Of a stretch of 61,896 bases of DNA, positions 61,236 to 61,896 are shown in pieces. Each line of letters begins with the position of its first letter. Position 1 is the stretch's first letter. Source of the stretch: an uncultured Candidatus Saccharibacteria bacterium (GTDB lineage Bacteria; Patescibacteriota; Minisyncoccia; UBA6257; 2-01-FULL-56-20); assembly GCA_965231155.1 (NCBI GenBank), contig OZ246418.1, forward strand, positions 746,194 to 808,089, read 5' to 3'. The notes under the pieces were generated by a model. The model saw nothing but the letters and a program-made list of their open reading frames with translations, ran no database searches and was not told the DNA's origin. The position numbers and the translations under genes are program-made.

Positions 61236-61896
61236 TTTAATTGTTCCACGCACAGCTTCCGCTACGCGTGCCTTGTTACGACTTAGTCCTCATTACTAAG
61301 CTTAGGCTAGCTCCACCGAAATGGGTCTTCACCTACTCCCAGCTCTGCTGACTTGACGGGCAGTGAGTACAGGACTCGAGAACGTATTCACCGCGGCGTG
61401 GCTGATCCGCGATTACTAGCAATTCCGGCTTCATGGGGGCGAGTTGCAGCCCCCAATCCGTACTGGGGTCGGGTTTAAGGGATTAGCTCCACCTTGCGGT
61501 TTGGCAACCCGTTGTCCCGACCATTGTAACACGAGTGTCGCCCAGGGTATCAAGGGCCACGCTGATTTGACGTCATCCTCTCCTTCCTCCCCCGTTAGAA
61601 ACCGCGAACCATTGCTGGCTCTCGAACTCTAACGGGGGCAGTTTCCAGTGACACTTGTAACACCGGATAAGGGTTGCGCTCGTTACCCCAATTAAGGGAA
61701 CATCTCAAGACACGAGCTGACGACAACCGTGCAACACCTGTCCTAGTAGTCCTTGCGGAGGGCCAACGTTTCTGCCGGCTTACTACTAAGATTTCTAACC
61801 CTGGTAAGGTTCCTCGCTTAACGTCGAATTAAACCTCATGTTCCACTGCTTGTGCGAGTCCCCGTCTATTCCTTTGAGTTTTAAGCTTGCGCTCGT
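61236..61896 (-). rRNA. 16S rRNA, 3' portion (partial; continues beyond the window)
   Basis: The reverse complement contains AAGTCGTAACAAGG, ...CUGCCCGUCA..., GGAUGACGUCAA and ACGAGCGCAACCC-type blocks. Helix 45 is CACGCGTAGC-GGAA-GCTGTGCGTG (61256-61247 is the 3' arm). The 3' boundary is approximate. Confidence 0.9.

Overview
This is a 61.9-kb fragment of a moderately AT-rich, reduced-genome bacterium. The divergent 16S tail, the shortened core proteins, class I LysRS and a DUF4012 protein look Patescibacteria/CPR-like, but that placement is inference. The backbone is housekeeping and lies almost entirely on the minus strand: msrA/msrB with a thioredoxin-like protein and ccdA, a DEAD-box helicase, pgl, lexA, ftsEX, prfB with the classical +1 frameshift, tsf, rpsB, mnmA, efp, rpsP, smc, rnc, nusB, rpmF (not in the ORF track), rnhB, trpS, prfA, alaS, rpoD, dnaG, lepA, lysS, greA and rplS. 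There are also four tRNAs (Thr-CGU, Tyr-GUA, Leu-GAG, Gly-CCC) and the 3' ~660 nt of a 16S rRNA. The main points from the hunt follow. (1) At least 14 visibly GC-rich, mostly ORFan genes are interleaved with the backbone. Each sits in its own cassette of near-consensus TTGACA-N16/17-TAnnnT promoter, 5' UTR, AGGAGG-type box, CDS and hairpin terminator. They include a 3-gene island at 39.2-42.9 kb (OB/cold-shock-like protein, a 356-aa unknown, a beta-CASP nuclease) and a head-to-tail cassette array at 52-58 kb with nested direct-repeat junctions. (2) Many backbone genes carry a -10-like hexamer only 5-11 nt before the start codon and no SD. The 16S 3' tail reads GAACAAUUAAAC where CCUCC is expected, which points to leaderless translation and a lost anti-SD. 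(3) A putative Zur regulon is marked by a 19-bp palindrome. It comprises a His-rich CobW-like GTPase, a nicotianamine-synthase-like gene, a Fur-family regulator, a YibE/F protein and probably a metal ABC transporter. (4) Several core proteins are atypical: a circularly permuted CcdA, an RF1 lacking domain 1, a 735-aa SMC without a canonical hinge, and a sigma-70 with a lysine-rich N-terminal tail. No CRISPR array, transposase, integrase or reverse transcriptase was recognised. All family calls come from reading motifs by eye; no database search was run.
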